Origin: Candidatus Saccharimonadota bacterium
GTDB taxonomy: Bacteria; Patescibacteriota; Saccharimonadia; CAILAD01; BJGX01
DNA: 64,000 bases
Direction of reading: 5' to 3'
Assembly (NCBI GenBank): GCA_046350735.1
Contig: JAXLZU010000001.1
Span: 204,530 to 268,529 of the forward strand
In this document: piece after piece, positions 26,777-36,677 of the stretch
How positions within the stretch are numbered: position 1 is the stretch's first letter
How the letters are laid out: each line of letters starts with the position of its first letter
Translations under genes and position numbers: made by a program
Notes under the pieces: model-generated
Database searches by the model: none
The model's input: only the letters and a program-made list of their open reading frames with translations
What the model was told of the DNA's origin: nothing

Positions 26777-27487
26777 ATGACGCACATGGGAGAAATAGTA
26801 ATGTCACAAAAAAGTGAGCAAGCACCAGAACCGGTAGATATTTATTTAGATGTTGATCATGTTTGGCAACTCGACCCAGAACATAATATTCCCGAAAACG
26901 AACGCCGTACAATTTGTGCAATTGCCTGCATGAAGATGATTATCGACTATGTTGTGCCAGATAAAGCCAATCTTAGCTTGCATAGTATATTTAATGAAAT
27001 GCGAGATTCTGGTGGGCAAAATAGTAATATGCACTGGAAACATGCTGACGAAGTTAATTATTTTAAGAAACTCAATCTAGTATCGTGGCGAAGAAATTGG
27101 CTGGCGCCAAATCCAGACCCAAAATGGTTTGCCGAAAACGAGGAATATAATAATCAACAGCTGGTAGCTGTATCAGAACAAATGAAAGATGAGAGTCTTG
27201 CAGGTGGTTATACTAAACAGGCTCTCCATAGTATCCGTCAATCATTAGATGCTAACTTGCCAGTAATTGTGAGCGTGGCAGCGGGTTTTAGTGAAAACAG
27301 ACAAGATCATCAGATTGTTGTTAATGGGTATGGCAGCGATGGAAAGAACGAATGGTTATATTATGTAGACCCAGTTCTTTCTCCAGAAAAACATCAAGAT
27401 AGACAGAAAGTATCACTCGAGTATTTCTTAAAATTCTTTAATAACAGAGCAATCTTTGTAAAACAACCTACGCCATCTGAAATTTGA
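26777..27487 (+). CDS. hypothetical protein with a papain-fold (C39-like) Cys...His...Asp signature
   Basis: RRTICAIACMKMIIDY (Cys) and DHQIVVNGYGSDGKNEWLYYVDP (His, Asp). No signal peptide. Confidence 0.45.
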   Translation: MTHMGEIVMSQKSEQAPEPVDIYLDVDHVWQLDPEHNIPENERRTICAIACMKMIIDYVVPDKANLSLHSIFNEMRDSGGQNSNMHWKHADEVNYFKKLNLVSWRRNWLAPNPDPKWFAENEEYNNQQLVAVSEQMKDESLAGGYTKQALHSIRQSLDANLPVIVSVAAGFSENRQDHQIVVNGYGSDGKNEWLYYVDPVLSPEKHQDRQKVSLEYFLKFFNNRAIFVKQPTPSEI

Positions 27488-27964
27488 CAGGTGGCTATTT
27501 TTTTAATACTCTAGTAATTATGCAACGAACACTACTCAATCTATTCGGTTTATTACTGCCACAGGCGGTTCGGGTTAGTGTACGTTAGATAATTTTTAGA
27601 TAAGACTACCACCCAAGCCGCCATAAGAATGGTGGTTTTTTTGTTGTTCGCCTTCGGCTTACAGATTCTGTAGGTCGAAGCCCGCACCACAAAAGGAGAA
27701 AACGTTGAGCGATACGGTTTCGCCAAAAGAAGTAGAGCAGCCCAAACCACCGAAAAAAGTTGATACTTCTCAGGCTGAGAGCTCACCAGGTAAGGCCAGT
27801 CCGGTTTGGCCTTGCTTTAATGCACAGTATCCCGATGGCTTGCTGCCATATGCATAACGCTCTTTGATAGTTCCCTTGCGGGCACTGGCTCTGGGGTAGG
27901 TAAAACTACCCCAGAGCCGCGCTCGATTACGTTCTTGGTATAAATGAGGTAAAATAAGTACAGT

Positions 27965-30808
27965 ATGAAAAACTATGATCCCAAAGAGATAGAAGCCAAG
28001 TGGCAAAAAATTTGGCAACAAACAGATTTGTATAAAACTCCAGAGAATCCTAAAAAACCATTTTATAACTTGGTAATGTTTCCCTATCCAAGTGGCGATT
28101 TGCATGTGGGGCACTGGTACAACTTTGCTCCTGCAGACACGCTGGGAAGATTTGCCCGCATGCATGGCTATGATGTGTTGCAGCCTCTTGGCTATGATGC
28201 TTTTGGTTTGCCCGCCGAGAATGCAGCTATTAAGCGAGGTATACCGGCAGACGAGTGGACTGCCAAAAATGTCGCTAATTTTCACCAACAATATCTTAAT
28301 CTTGGTGGCATGTATGATCTAAGTAAAGAAATAAATACATCGAGCCCAGAATATTATCGCTGGACCCAATGGTTGTTTTTGCAATTATTTAACGCCGGCA
28401 AAGCCGTGCAGAAAGAGGCTTATGTCAATTGGGATCCAGTAGATAAAACTGTGCTTGCCAACGAGCAAGTAATAGACGGCCATGCCGATAGAAGTGGGGC
28501 CAAGGTAGAGAGAAAATTACTTAAGCAATGGTTTTTTACTATTACCGATTATGCCGATGAGCTTATTGATGATCTCGAAGGACTAGACTGGCCAGACAGA
28601 GTAAAACAACAACAGATAAATTGGATTGGTAAAAGCCATGGAGCTCTTGTGAAATTTCCATTGGTTGATGCCGATGACTACATAGAAGTTTACACTACCA
28701 GAATTGACACTATTTTTAGCGGTACATTTATTGTGCTTGCACCAGAACATCCAATGATAGCCAAACTAACAGAAGCCAAGTACAAAAAAGAAGTAGAAGA
28801 ATATATCGAACAAGCTGGCTCTAAAACCGATGTGGATCGCCAAGAAGCCAAAGAGAAGACAGGCGTATTTACTGGTAGCTATGTAACTAACCCGGCCAGT
28901 GGAGAAAAAATGCCTGTTTGGGTGGCTGATTTTGTGTTGGGCGGATATGGTACCGGCGCTGTCTTTGCTGATGCGCATGATGAGCGTGATGTAGAGTTTG
29001 CTCGCAAGTACAAGATTCCTTTAAAAGAATCTATCGAGCCGGTTACTGGTACACCTCAAGAAAATCCAGAGTTTCGACGAAGTATTGTTGCATTGGTGAT
29101 AAACCCAGAGACTAATGAAGTACTCACCATCAACTGGGGCAAAAACAATGGCGGCCATATCTTTATTGGTGGTGGTGTTGATGAAGGCGAAGACATTATT
29201 GAGTGCGCCAAACGAGAAATTGCCGAAGAAACTGGCTATAACGACATTAGCTTTATTAAACAGACAGAAAACATTCACCATCATTATTTTGCACATTCCA
29301 AAAATGTGGCACGCGAAATTTTAGCTACCGGCCTACTATTTGAATTAAACTCTGACAAGCAACAAGATCAGAAGTTAGAGCACGATGAAGAGGGTAAATT
29401 TAGTGTTGAGTGGCAACCACAAGCTAAGGTAGATCAACTGGTTACTGACGAGCTTCACCAATATGTATTCGACAGACTCATTAATAACAAAATATGGTCT
29501 GGTGATGGTATTTTGTATAACTCAGACCAATTTGATGGCATGACATCTAGTCAGGCTCGCAAAGAAATTACTGATTGGTTGGCAGAAAAAGGCTTGGCCG
29601 AACATAAGACACAGTATAAATTGCGCGATTGGCTAATAAGCCGTCAACGGTATTGGGGTGCACCTATCCCAATAATTTATTGTGAAAAGTGTGGAGTTGT
29701 GCCAGTACCAGAAGAAGACCTCCCTGTGCTATTGCCTCTTGGACAGAAATTTGATGCCTCTGGGCAATCTCCTCTCTTGCGTGATAGTTTTACCAAAACA
29801 GTATGTCCTACTTGTGGCGGCAGTGCCAAAAGAGAAACTGATACAATGGACACATTTGTAGATAGTAGCTGGTACTATTTGCGATACCCGAATACTCAAT
29901 ACACCAAAGCTGCTTTCGACCCAGACGCCGTAAAGACATGGCTACCAGTTGATAGATATATGGGCGGAATAGAACACGCTATTTTGCACTTGCTCTATGC
30001 TCGGTTTATTACTAAATTCTTGCATTCCGTAGACTTAATTGACTTTAACGAGCCATTTACCAAGCTAATTAACCAAGGTATGATCTTAGGCCCAGATGGC
30101 AATAAGATGAGCAAATCTAAGGGGAATGTTATTGACCCTATGGAATACCTCCAAAAATATGGTGCTGATGCACTGCGATTATATCTAATGTTTATGGGTC
30201 CATACGAGGATGGGGGTCCCTGGGATACCGGAAGGTTTGAGGGTACATTCCGCTTTATCAATAAGGTCTACAATTTAGTTATTGAGCCATACCGTCAGAC
30301 AGATATCGACACGATAATAGAAGCAGATGTAGAAACCCGACTGCACAAGGCTATTAAGAAAGTTGGCGAAGATTTGGGAGCTGTTAAATTTAACACGGCT
30401 ATTGCATCACTAATGGAATTTGTTAATTTCCTTACCAACATCAAGCAGGCCGGCAACATATCTGAGTCTGCTTGGCAGCAGACAGTTAATACGCTTATTA
30501 AAGTTATGGCGCCACTTACACCATATCTAGCTGAAGAGTTATGGGAACACATAGGAGAGGGAGAGAGTGTGCATTTGCAAGCTTGGCCAAAATACAGCGA
30601 AGACAAAGTTAAAGATGATGTGGTAACTATTGTGGTTCAGGTAAACGGTAAGCTCAAAAGCGAGTTCGTTGCCACCTCAGGTAGTAGCCAGGAAGAATTA
30701 GAGACAATGGCGCGCAATTTAGATAAAGAAAAGAATTTTACTAAAAATGGTGAGATAGTAAAAGTTATTGTAGTGCCAAATAGACTTGTAAATTTTGTAG
30801 TAAGATAA
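27965..30808 (+). CDS. leuS: leucine--tRNA ligase with an inserted Nudix hydrolase domain
   Basis: HVGH and KMSKS motifs, CP1 editing domain (TTRIDT, GTGAV..AHD). A perfect Nudix box GGGVDEGEDIIECAKREIAEETGY is inserted at about aa 368-505. Total length 947 aa. Confidence 0.9.
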   Translation: MKNYDPKEIEAKWQKIWQQTDLYKTPENPKKPFYNLVMFPYPSGDLHVGHWYNFAPADTLGRFARMHGYDVLQPLGYDAFGLPAENAAIKRGIPADEWTAKNVANFHQQYLNLGGMYDLSKEINTSSPEYYRWTQWLFLQLFNAGKAVQKEAYVNWDPVDKTVLANEQVIDGHADRSGAKVERKLLKQWFFTITDYADELIDDLEGLDWPDRVKQQQINWIGKSHGALVKFPLVDADDYIEVYTTRIDTIFSGTFIVLAPEHPMIAKLTEAKYKKEVEEYIEQAGSKTDVDRQEAKEKTGVFTGSYVTNPASGEKMPVWVADFVLGGYGTGAVFADAHDERDVEFARKYKIPLKESIEPVTGTPQENPEFRRSIVALVINPETNEVLTINWGKNNGGHIFIGGGVDEGEDIIECAKREIAEETGYNDISFIKQTENIHHHYFAHSKNVAREILATGLLFELNSDKQQDQKLEHDEEGKFSVEWQPQAKVDQLVTDELHQYVFDRLINNKIWSGDGILYNSDQFDGMTSSQARKEITDWLAEKGLAEHKTQYKLRDWLISRQRYWGAPIPIIYCEKCGVVPVPEEDLPVLLPLGQKFDASGQSPLLRDSFTKTVCPTCGGSAKRETDTMDTFVDSSWYYLRYPNTQYTKAAFDPDAVKTWLPVDRYMGGIEHAILHLLYARFITKFLHSVDLIDFNEPFTKLINQGMILGPDGNKMSKSKGNVIDPMEYLQKYGADALRLYLMFMGPYEDGGPWDTGRFEGTFRFINKVYNLVIEPYRQTDIDTIIEADVETRLHKAIKKVGEDLGAVKFNTAIASLMEFVNFLTNIKQAGNISESAWQQTVNTLIKVMAPLTPYLAEELWEHIGEGESVHLQAWPKYSEDKVKDDVVTIVVQVNGKLKSEFVATSGSSQEELETMARNLDKEKNFTKNGEIVKVIVVPNRLVNFVVR

Positions 30809-31139
30809 TACATATTCAGCCGGTTCTCAGTTTTGCCAAGTAAAGTAATAGCTAGGTAGCAAGGGGACTGTCGCAGTGATATTGTTGGGGTTGCAATTTT
30901 GAGTAATTTTTGCTACAATACTCCGTGAAATGCTTAAAGTTTAAGTCGTTTTATACGGCTTTGGCATTCTGGAGAATCCAGGTGTGACACCAATGGTGTC
31001 ATAGGTCTTTGTCTCTCTCTTTAGACCAAGACTTGTTGATTTCGAAGTCACATACATACTTGTGGCGTCGTTTAGTTCAGTACCTCTCTAGAATTATTTA
31101 GGTGTTTAATAACACAATTAAACCAAAGGAGGCATTGCT

Positions 31140-31310
31140 ATGCCAGTACCAAAAAAGCGTCGTACCAGCGCAACTCGTGGTCAACGTCGTAGTCACGACA
31201 ACCTAGAAAGTTTGCAGCTAATGTACGAAAAGAATTCCAAATTAAATGTACCTCGTCGCCTTAAAAAAGCAGCCGAACTCGGCCTTTTAAAGACTCGTCG
31301 AAGTATCTAA
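31140..31310 (+). CDS. rpmF: 50S ribosomal protein L32
   Basis: MPVPKKRRTSATRGQRRSHDNL... (56 aa). SD aaggagg lies 8 nt upstream. Below the length cutoff of the ORF track. Confidence 0.85.
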   Translation: MPVPKKRRTSATRGQRRSHDNLESLQLMYEKNSKLNVPRRLKKAAELGLLKTRRSI

Positions 31311-31361
31311 CTAAAAGTTTCCAATCCCCCATAAAGTACGTTACAATTAAAAGTAAGAACT

Positions 31362-31976
31362 ATGGCATCGAACCGTCACCTCTGTAGAATAATCGCCTTG
31401 CAAAGTTTGTATGAATACGACTTTCGCACTTCTTTAGATATGGAAGATCTCAAAACCGATATGGATGAAATATTGGCACGAAATCTTGCAGTCTATGCAG
31501 ATTCTTTAGAAGAAGATGATTTTGTAGTAGACCTAGTAAAAGGCACACTAAAAAATCAAGATAAGCTCGATGCTCTGATAGTTCCGGCAGCTCCAGAATG
31601 GCCAATTGATCAGATTGCCAAAATTGACAAAGAGATATTGCGTCTGGCTACATACGAGCTTATGATAAAGCGCGATGTACCACCAAAAGTTGCTATTAAT
31701 GAAGCAGTAGAACTAGCCAAAAGTTTTGGCGGTGATAACTCTAGTAAGTTTATTAACGGCGTACTTGGCACAATCTATAGAAGTAGTGAAATATATGAAC
31801 CAGAAGAAGACAAAAAATTCCAGGCAGAAAAGCAGGCGATGGCGCCGCAGTCAGCAGAATCAGCAAAAGCAGACAAACCAGCAAGCGCCAAACCAAAGCC
31901 AGTCAAATCAGGCGACAACGACACCGCAGGTGCAAGTTCAGAATCAGAACCAAAATCGCCAGCCAAATCGGAATAA
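31362..31976 (+). CDS. nusB: transcription antitermination factor NusB with a low-complexity C-terminal tail
   Basis: [17 protein letters not shown] NusB signature. The core is about 140 aa, followed by an A/S/P/K/E-rich tail of about 60 aa. Confidence 0.8.
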   Translation: MASNRHLCRIIALQSLYEYDFRTSLDMEDLKTDMDEILARNLAVYADSLEEDDFVVDLVKGTLKNQDKLDALIVPAAPEWPIDQIAKIDKEILRLATYELMIKRDVPPKVAINEAVELAKSFGGDNSSKFINGVLGTIYRSSEIYEPEEDKKFQAEKQAMAPQSAESAKADKPASAKPKPVKSGDNDTAGASSESEPKSPAKSE

Positions 31977-32460
31977 GAAAAAACATCCCGGAGAGCATAC
32001 CCAGAAAGTTGCTCGTCAAAAAGCTGTCCGCGAATATTCTAGCGGAGGGATTGTTTTTCGTGTAGTTGATAGTTCTATAGAGATTTTACTCTTGCAAGAC
32101 CTTAAGACGCGTTGGTCTATTCCGAAGGGTCATATAGAATCTGGCGAAACCCCCAAACAAGCAGCTTTACGTGAAGTTTCCGAAGAAACCAATCTAAAAG
32201 AATTAAAGATACATTCTAAGCTCGATAAAATTCACTTCTTCTATCGAATGGAGGGTAAGCTTATCTTTATGACCAATTTTATTTATCTTATTGAGTCTAC
32301 CAACCACAATGAAACTATTAAGACAGAAGATGATGCGCCATGGATTACCGATGTGCAGTGGTTTGAAGCCGAACAGGCATATGATATCCTAGAGTATAAG
32401 GCAACCAAAATTATCTTGCGAGAGGCAATTAATCGCATTAAGGCTCTGTACAATCTCTAA
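31795..32460 (+). CDS. Nudix hydrolase; start uncertain, overlaps the nusB 3' end in another frame
   Basis: Nudix box [23 protein letters not shown]. There is no in-frame ATG between the nusB stop and the Nudix fold. Candidate starts are ATG 31795 and ATG 31726. Confidence 0.6.
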   Translation: MNQKKTKNSRQKSRRWRRSQQNQQKQTNQQAPNQSQSNQATTTPQVQVQNQNQNRQPNRNKKKHPGEHTQKVARQKAVREYSSGGIVFRVVDSSIEILLLQDLKTRWSIPKGHIESGETPKQAALREVSEETNLKELKIHSKLDKIHFFYRMEGKLIFMTNFIYLIESTNHNETIKTEDDAPWITDVQWFEAEQAYDILEYKATKIILREAINRIKALYNL

Positions 32461-33152
32461 TGGTATACAACAAAGAAAAAGTAGAAGCAGTGTTGGGAGT
32501 GACGTTTGAAAACGAAGATCTCTTAAAGACTGCATACACACACAGAAGTTACTTAAACGAGCATCGTCGAACGAGTTTAGAACACAACGAACGAATGGAA
32601 TTCTTGGGCGATGCTGTTTTAGAACTAGTTGTAACAGACTATCTTTATCGTAATTATAAGAATCCCGAAGGAGAGTTAACTTCTTGGCGCTCTGCTTTGG
32701 TAAAAACCGAGTCGCTCGCCGAACTAGCCGAAAAACTTCAACTTGGGCAGTTTTTGCTTATGAGTCGTGGTGAGGCAAAAACAGGTGGGCGTACTCGTCA
32801 GGCACTGCTTGCCAATCTTGTCGAGGCTACTATCGGCGCAATTTATTTAGAAAAAGGATACGACGAAGCCAAAAAATTTATCGAGAACAATATTGTTATT
32901 AAGCTAGACGAAATTATCAAGACAGGTGCGTATATAGACGCCAAGAGTCAGTTTCAGGAATTATCGCAAGAGAGTCATGGAGTTACTCCTAGCTATAAAG
33001 TTCTTGAAGAATCGGGCCCAGACCACGACAAAACTTTTTTGATGGGTGTATATCTTGGCGACAAAGAGTATGGTCGCGGAGAAGGTAGTAGTAAACAGGC
33101 TGCCCAGCAGAGTGCTGCACTAGATGGCTTAAAAAAATTACAAAAAAAATAG
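32460..33152 (+). CDS. rnc: ribonuclease III
   Basis: ERMEFLGDAVLELVVTDYLY catalytic signature and a C-terminal dsRBD. Confidence 0.9.
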   Translation: MVYNKEKVEAVLGVTFENEDLLKTAYTHRSYLNEHRRTSLEHNERMEFLGDAVLELVVTDYLYRNYKNPEGELTSWRSALVKTESLAELAEKLQLGQFLLMSRGEAKTGGRTRQALLANLVEATIGAIYLEKGYDEAKKFIENNIVIKLDEIIKTGAYIDAKSQFQELSQESHGVTPSYKVLEESGPDHDKTFLMGVYLGDKEYGRGEGSSKQAAQQSAALDGLKKLQKK

Positions 33153-33240
33153 TTTTCAAAATCATAAAAAATCGCTAGACTTAAGCTAACAGCTTGCAGA
33201 GTAAGTTGGGTACCTCTAGAGTACGAGGAGGTTAGAGCGT

Positions 33241-34011
33241 ATGAGCTTCTCAACATTGACAATTTCTGGCACATTGGCACCTCCACCCAGTCGGGTGTAT
33301 TACGAGCCTATCTTGAGGGTATGTTATAAATACAGCCGTACCAACACATTTTTTGAAACTATTTTCTTACTGGGTCTGGGAGATATTATTCGGGCTGTTG
33401 ATGAGCTAGATAAGAAATACTTTGTAGGTAATAATAACACCTTTGTATTGCTTGGCCACTCGCAAGGCGGATTAATTGCTAGCCTTCTAGCAATGCGTTA
33501 CCCAACAAGAGTAAAGGCGGTAATAGCCATAGCAACACCATTTAAAGGTACCACTTGGGTAGACCCGGTAAATATGCCAATTCGCGGCGCTATAGAGATA
33601 ATAACTAGATTAACACTCGGCAAAGTACGTCTTAAGCCAACACTGCGGCAAATGATTATCCCTATTTTGCCAATTGTTCGCGATCTTGGTGCACATAGTG
33701 ATGTTTGTGAAAGAATTGTTGAATATCTAGAAGATCAGATTGCGGGACACGAAACCTTTGCAATAATTGGTAGTAATGATATGTTGGTGTTTCCGCATCG
33801 TAGCGCTAATCCTGTAGGCCCATTAGTAACTAACTATATTGTTGCGCCGCATGGTGAATATAAAAAGCTTTTACCAGTCTTACCTCACGATCTCAACCAT
33901 ATTAATTCACGTGCCGGACATGTCTCGATTGTTCGTAACCCAGAAGTACTTGCGTTAATAGATAAAATTATTACACAAAAAGCAAACGGTTTACCGGCTT
34001 ATAGCGTATAA
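33241..34011 (+). CDS. alpha/beta-hydrolase (lipase/esterase-like)
   Basis: GHSQGG nucleophile elbow. Terminator hairpin 33993-34021 overlaps the stop codon. Confidence 0.6.
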   Translation: MSFSTLTISGTLAPPPSRVYYEPILRVCYKYSRTNTFFETIFLLGLGDIIRAVDELDKKYFVGNNNTFVLLGHSQGGLIASLLAMRYPTRVKAVIAIATPFKGTTWVDPVNMPIRGAIEIITRLTLGKVRLKPTLRQMIIPILPIVRDLGAHSDVCERIVEYLEDQIAGHETFAIIGSNDMLVFPHRSANPVGPLVTNYIVAPHGEYKKLLPVLPHDLNHINSRAGHVSIVRNPEVLALIDKIITQKANGLPAYSV

Positions 34012-34080
34012 GCCGGTTTTCTTATAGGCATAATAATTTTGGTAATAATACATCTGGTTATGGCATGATACAATAAGGGA

Positions 34081-36600
34081 ATGAAGAGTGAGGGTCAGAT
34101 TCTACAGAGTCTAGAGATAGCTGGGTTTAAGTCTTTTGGTAAACGAAAAAAACTTGATTTTTCAAATGGAATTACCGCTATTGTTGGCCCAAATGGATCT
34201 GGTAAAAGTAATGTGGCCGATGCATTGCGTTGGGTACTTGGCGAGCAACGTACCTCGCGTATGCGTAGTGGTAAGTCAGAAGAACTTATCTTTCATGGCA
34301 CCGAAAGTAAGGCCATGGCAAGTGTTGCCGAGGTAACACTGGTACTCAATAACACAAATAATTTATTTGCCTTACCGGCCAGTCAAATAGAGATTAGTCG
34401 CCAACTTTACCGATCTGGCGAAAGTAGTTATCGACTGAATGGTCGTAAAGTAAACTTTGCGCGCGTTGAAGAACTATTGGCTAGTGCAGGTATTGGCAAA
34501 AATAGTTATGCAGTAGTTGGTCAGGGCACGATTGATCAACTATTAACAATGGATGGCAAGGATCGTAAAATGCTCTTTGATGAAGCATCTGGAATTCGAC
34601 AATACGAAATTCGTCGCATTGCCGCCAAACGCAAGCTTGAGCAGTCTAGTGCCGATTTAGAAAAAGTAACCGCTATTGTAGAAGAACTATTGCCAAGTTT
34701 GTCTGTATTACAGAAGCAAGCCGAGGTAGTGAAAAAACAAACTATTCTAGCAGATACTCTAAAGCAACTTAAAACTAATTATGTGTTGTACTGGCAAGAT
34801 AATTATCAGAAAGAAAAAGCTACTCTGCAGTCGTCTATGCAAAAAGATATTTTGTTACTCGAAAAAATCGAAAATAATCTCTCTCGGGCACGTCAAGACT
34901 CACAACAGCCCGACAATACAAAAAAAATGCAGCAGATAAAACACTATCAAGCCCAGATACAATCAGCCGAAAAAGAAAAATCGGCAATGGTTACTGCTCT
35001 AATTCAGCTTGAGGCGGAGATTGCTAGCTTACAAACTAATATTGATAGTATTAGTACTACTTCTGCCGCAGCAATAAAAGGTAAGGTTAATCACGAAACT
35101 GAGCAACAGGCCAAAATTCAAAAAAGCTTAGCTTTGCACACACAAAAGGTTGCTGAATATGACAATTTAATTAAAGATATTAATTCACAGTTAAAGACAA
35201 TCTCTAATACCCTAAATGAAACACGTAAACAATTAGAGAAGAGTCAGAAACGTGAATTTTTTCACCATGCTAGCGGTCTTATTACAACTGCACGCACTCA
35301 ATTACGCAATGCTACTGCAAGACGAGAAATAGATATTACCATGCAACGTCTTGCCGATATGATACAAATTGCACTAACCGACGATGCTACGGAATTGGCT
35401 CTTACTATTAACAAATTACAGCAAAAAATCAGTACGAGTATGGCTGAAAGAGAAGAGGTAGTGGAGGCACAGACAAAAGAAATTATTAAGATTAGATCAC
35501 TCGAGTTAGATTATTCGGCCAGTAAAGAGCGACTCAAAAACTTCCAGACCGAATTAGACACATTGCTAAGTAACGATCAGCTCAAAAAAGAGTCTATTGC
35601 AAAACTAAAAACAATGATAACTGACCAGTCTGCCTATAAGCGCAAGATAATCGTATTTGAGAAAGATATTTCTGTACTGCAAAATAAGCTGCTAACGCAG
35701 CAGCAAAACTTGCATCAAAAAGCCTCAAACGACATGTTTGCTCAGTTCGAAAAGTTAGTATCAGAACAAAAAACACTTGAGTTGCACATTGCGAATAATA
35801 AAGAACAACTCGAATATATTAACTCTCGAGAAACCGAACTGAGTAATTATAGAAAAGAATGGTTTGGTATAAAAAAGATTACTGGTGAGATACCGGTACA
35901 GCCCGTTAGATTAGAAGAGATTACAAAAATAGAGTCAGAGTTGAATGTTATTGATGATATTGATGCTGGTGCACTAGAACAGGCAAATGAATTATCCCAG
36001 AGGGTAATTTTTTTACAGACCCAGAAAAAAGATTTGCAAAAAGCCATAGCAGATAGTGAGCAGTTTATTCAAAAAATTGAAGCGCAAACTAAACAAAAAT
36101 TTATAAAGAATTTTGAAAAAATTAATGCCCAGTTTCAGAAATATTTTGTGATACTTTTTGGCGGAGGTACGGCAAAGCTAAGTTTGGTTACTAAAGAAGA
36201 ATTTGCTATAGATATTATAACTACACCTCCAGGCAAACGGACGCACAGTATTACTGCTCTTTCTGGCGGCGAAAAATCTCTGGCATCACTAGCTCTTCTA
36301 GCTGCTATTCTAACCAGCAATCCCACGCCATTTATTTTTCTCGATGAAGTTGACGCTGCTTTGGACGACGAAAACTCTACTCGGTTTAATACTATTCTAA
36401 AAGATCTTGCCAGGCATTCACAGATAATTGTCATTACACATAATCACGAAACTATGCAGGCTGCAAAACAATTGTTTGGTATTACTACTAGCCAGAAAGG
36501 CGATAGTGAGGTATTAAGTCTACAACTGCAACAAGCCGATAGCCTTACCCAAGAAGCTCAGGCGGCCAAACCTGTTGACAAGGCAGTGTCTTTGAAGTAG
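34081..36600 (+). CDS. smc: SMC-family chromosome segregation ATPase, short form
   Basis: N-terminal Walker A GPNGSGKSN, a long coiled-coil, and C-terminal LSGGEKSLASLALL signature with IFLDEVDAALD Walker B. The protein is 839 aa and has no obvious hinge domain. Confidence 0.75.
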   Translation: MKSEGQILQSLEIAGFKSFGKRKKLDFSNGITAIVGPNGSGKSNVADALRWVLGEQRTSRMRSGKSEELIFHGTESKAMASVAEVTLVLNNTNNLFALPASQIEISRQLYRSGESSYRLNGRKVNFARVEELLASAGIGKNSYAVVGQGTIDQLLTMDGKDRKMLFDEASGIRQYEIRRIAAKRKLEQSSADLEKVTAIVEELLPSLSVLQKQAEVVKKQTILADTLKQLKTNYVLYWQDNYQKEKATLQSSMQKDILLLEKIENNLSRARQDSQQPDNTKKMQQIKHYQAQIQSAEKEKSAMVTALIQLEAEIASLQTNIDSISTTSAAAIKGKVNHETEQQAKIQKSLALHTQKVAEYDNLIKDINSQLKTISNTLNETRKQLEKSQKREFFHHASGLITTARTQLRNATARREIDITMQRLADMIQIALTDDATELALTINKLQQKISTSMAEREEVVEAQTKEIIKIRSLELDYSASKERLKNFQTELDTLLSNDQLKKESIAKLKTMITDQSAYKRKIIVFEKDISVLQNKLLTQQQNLHQKASNDMFAQFEKLVSEQKTLELHIANNKEQLEYINSRETELSNYRKEWFGIKKITGEIPVQPVRLEEITKIESELNVIDDIDAGALEQANELSQRVIFLQTQKKDLQKAIADSEQFIQKIEAQTKQKFIKNFEKINAQFQKYFVILFGGGTAKLSLVTKEEFAIDIITTPPGKRTHSITALSGGEKSLASLALLAAILTSNPTPFIFLDEVDAALDDENSTRFNTILKDLARHSQIIVITHNHETMQAAKQLFGITTSQKGDSEVLSLQLQQADSLTQEAQAAKPVDKAVSLK

Positions 36601-36677
36601 AATAAGTCAATGTTGTATTGCTTCTCGAATAAGCCGAGGGCATTCATAATCAAAAATAAGGAAAACATTCAGAATCT

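Noticed and set aside
27488-27964. T-box riboswitch, SRP RNA, RNase P RNA or tmRNA in the leuS upstream region
   Set aside because: I could not find the T-box core GGGUGGNACCGCG. I also could not find the RNase P P4 (AGGAAAGUCCGG), the SRP domain IV GGAA tetraloop context, or a tRNA-like T-arm plus CCA end. Kept only as an unclassified structured region.
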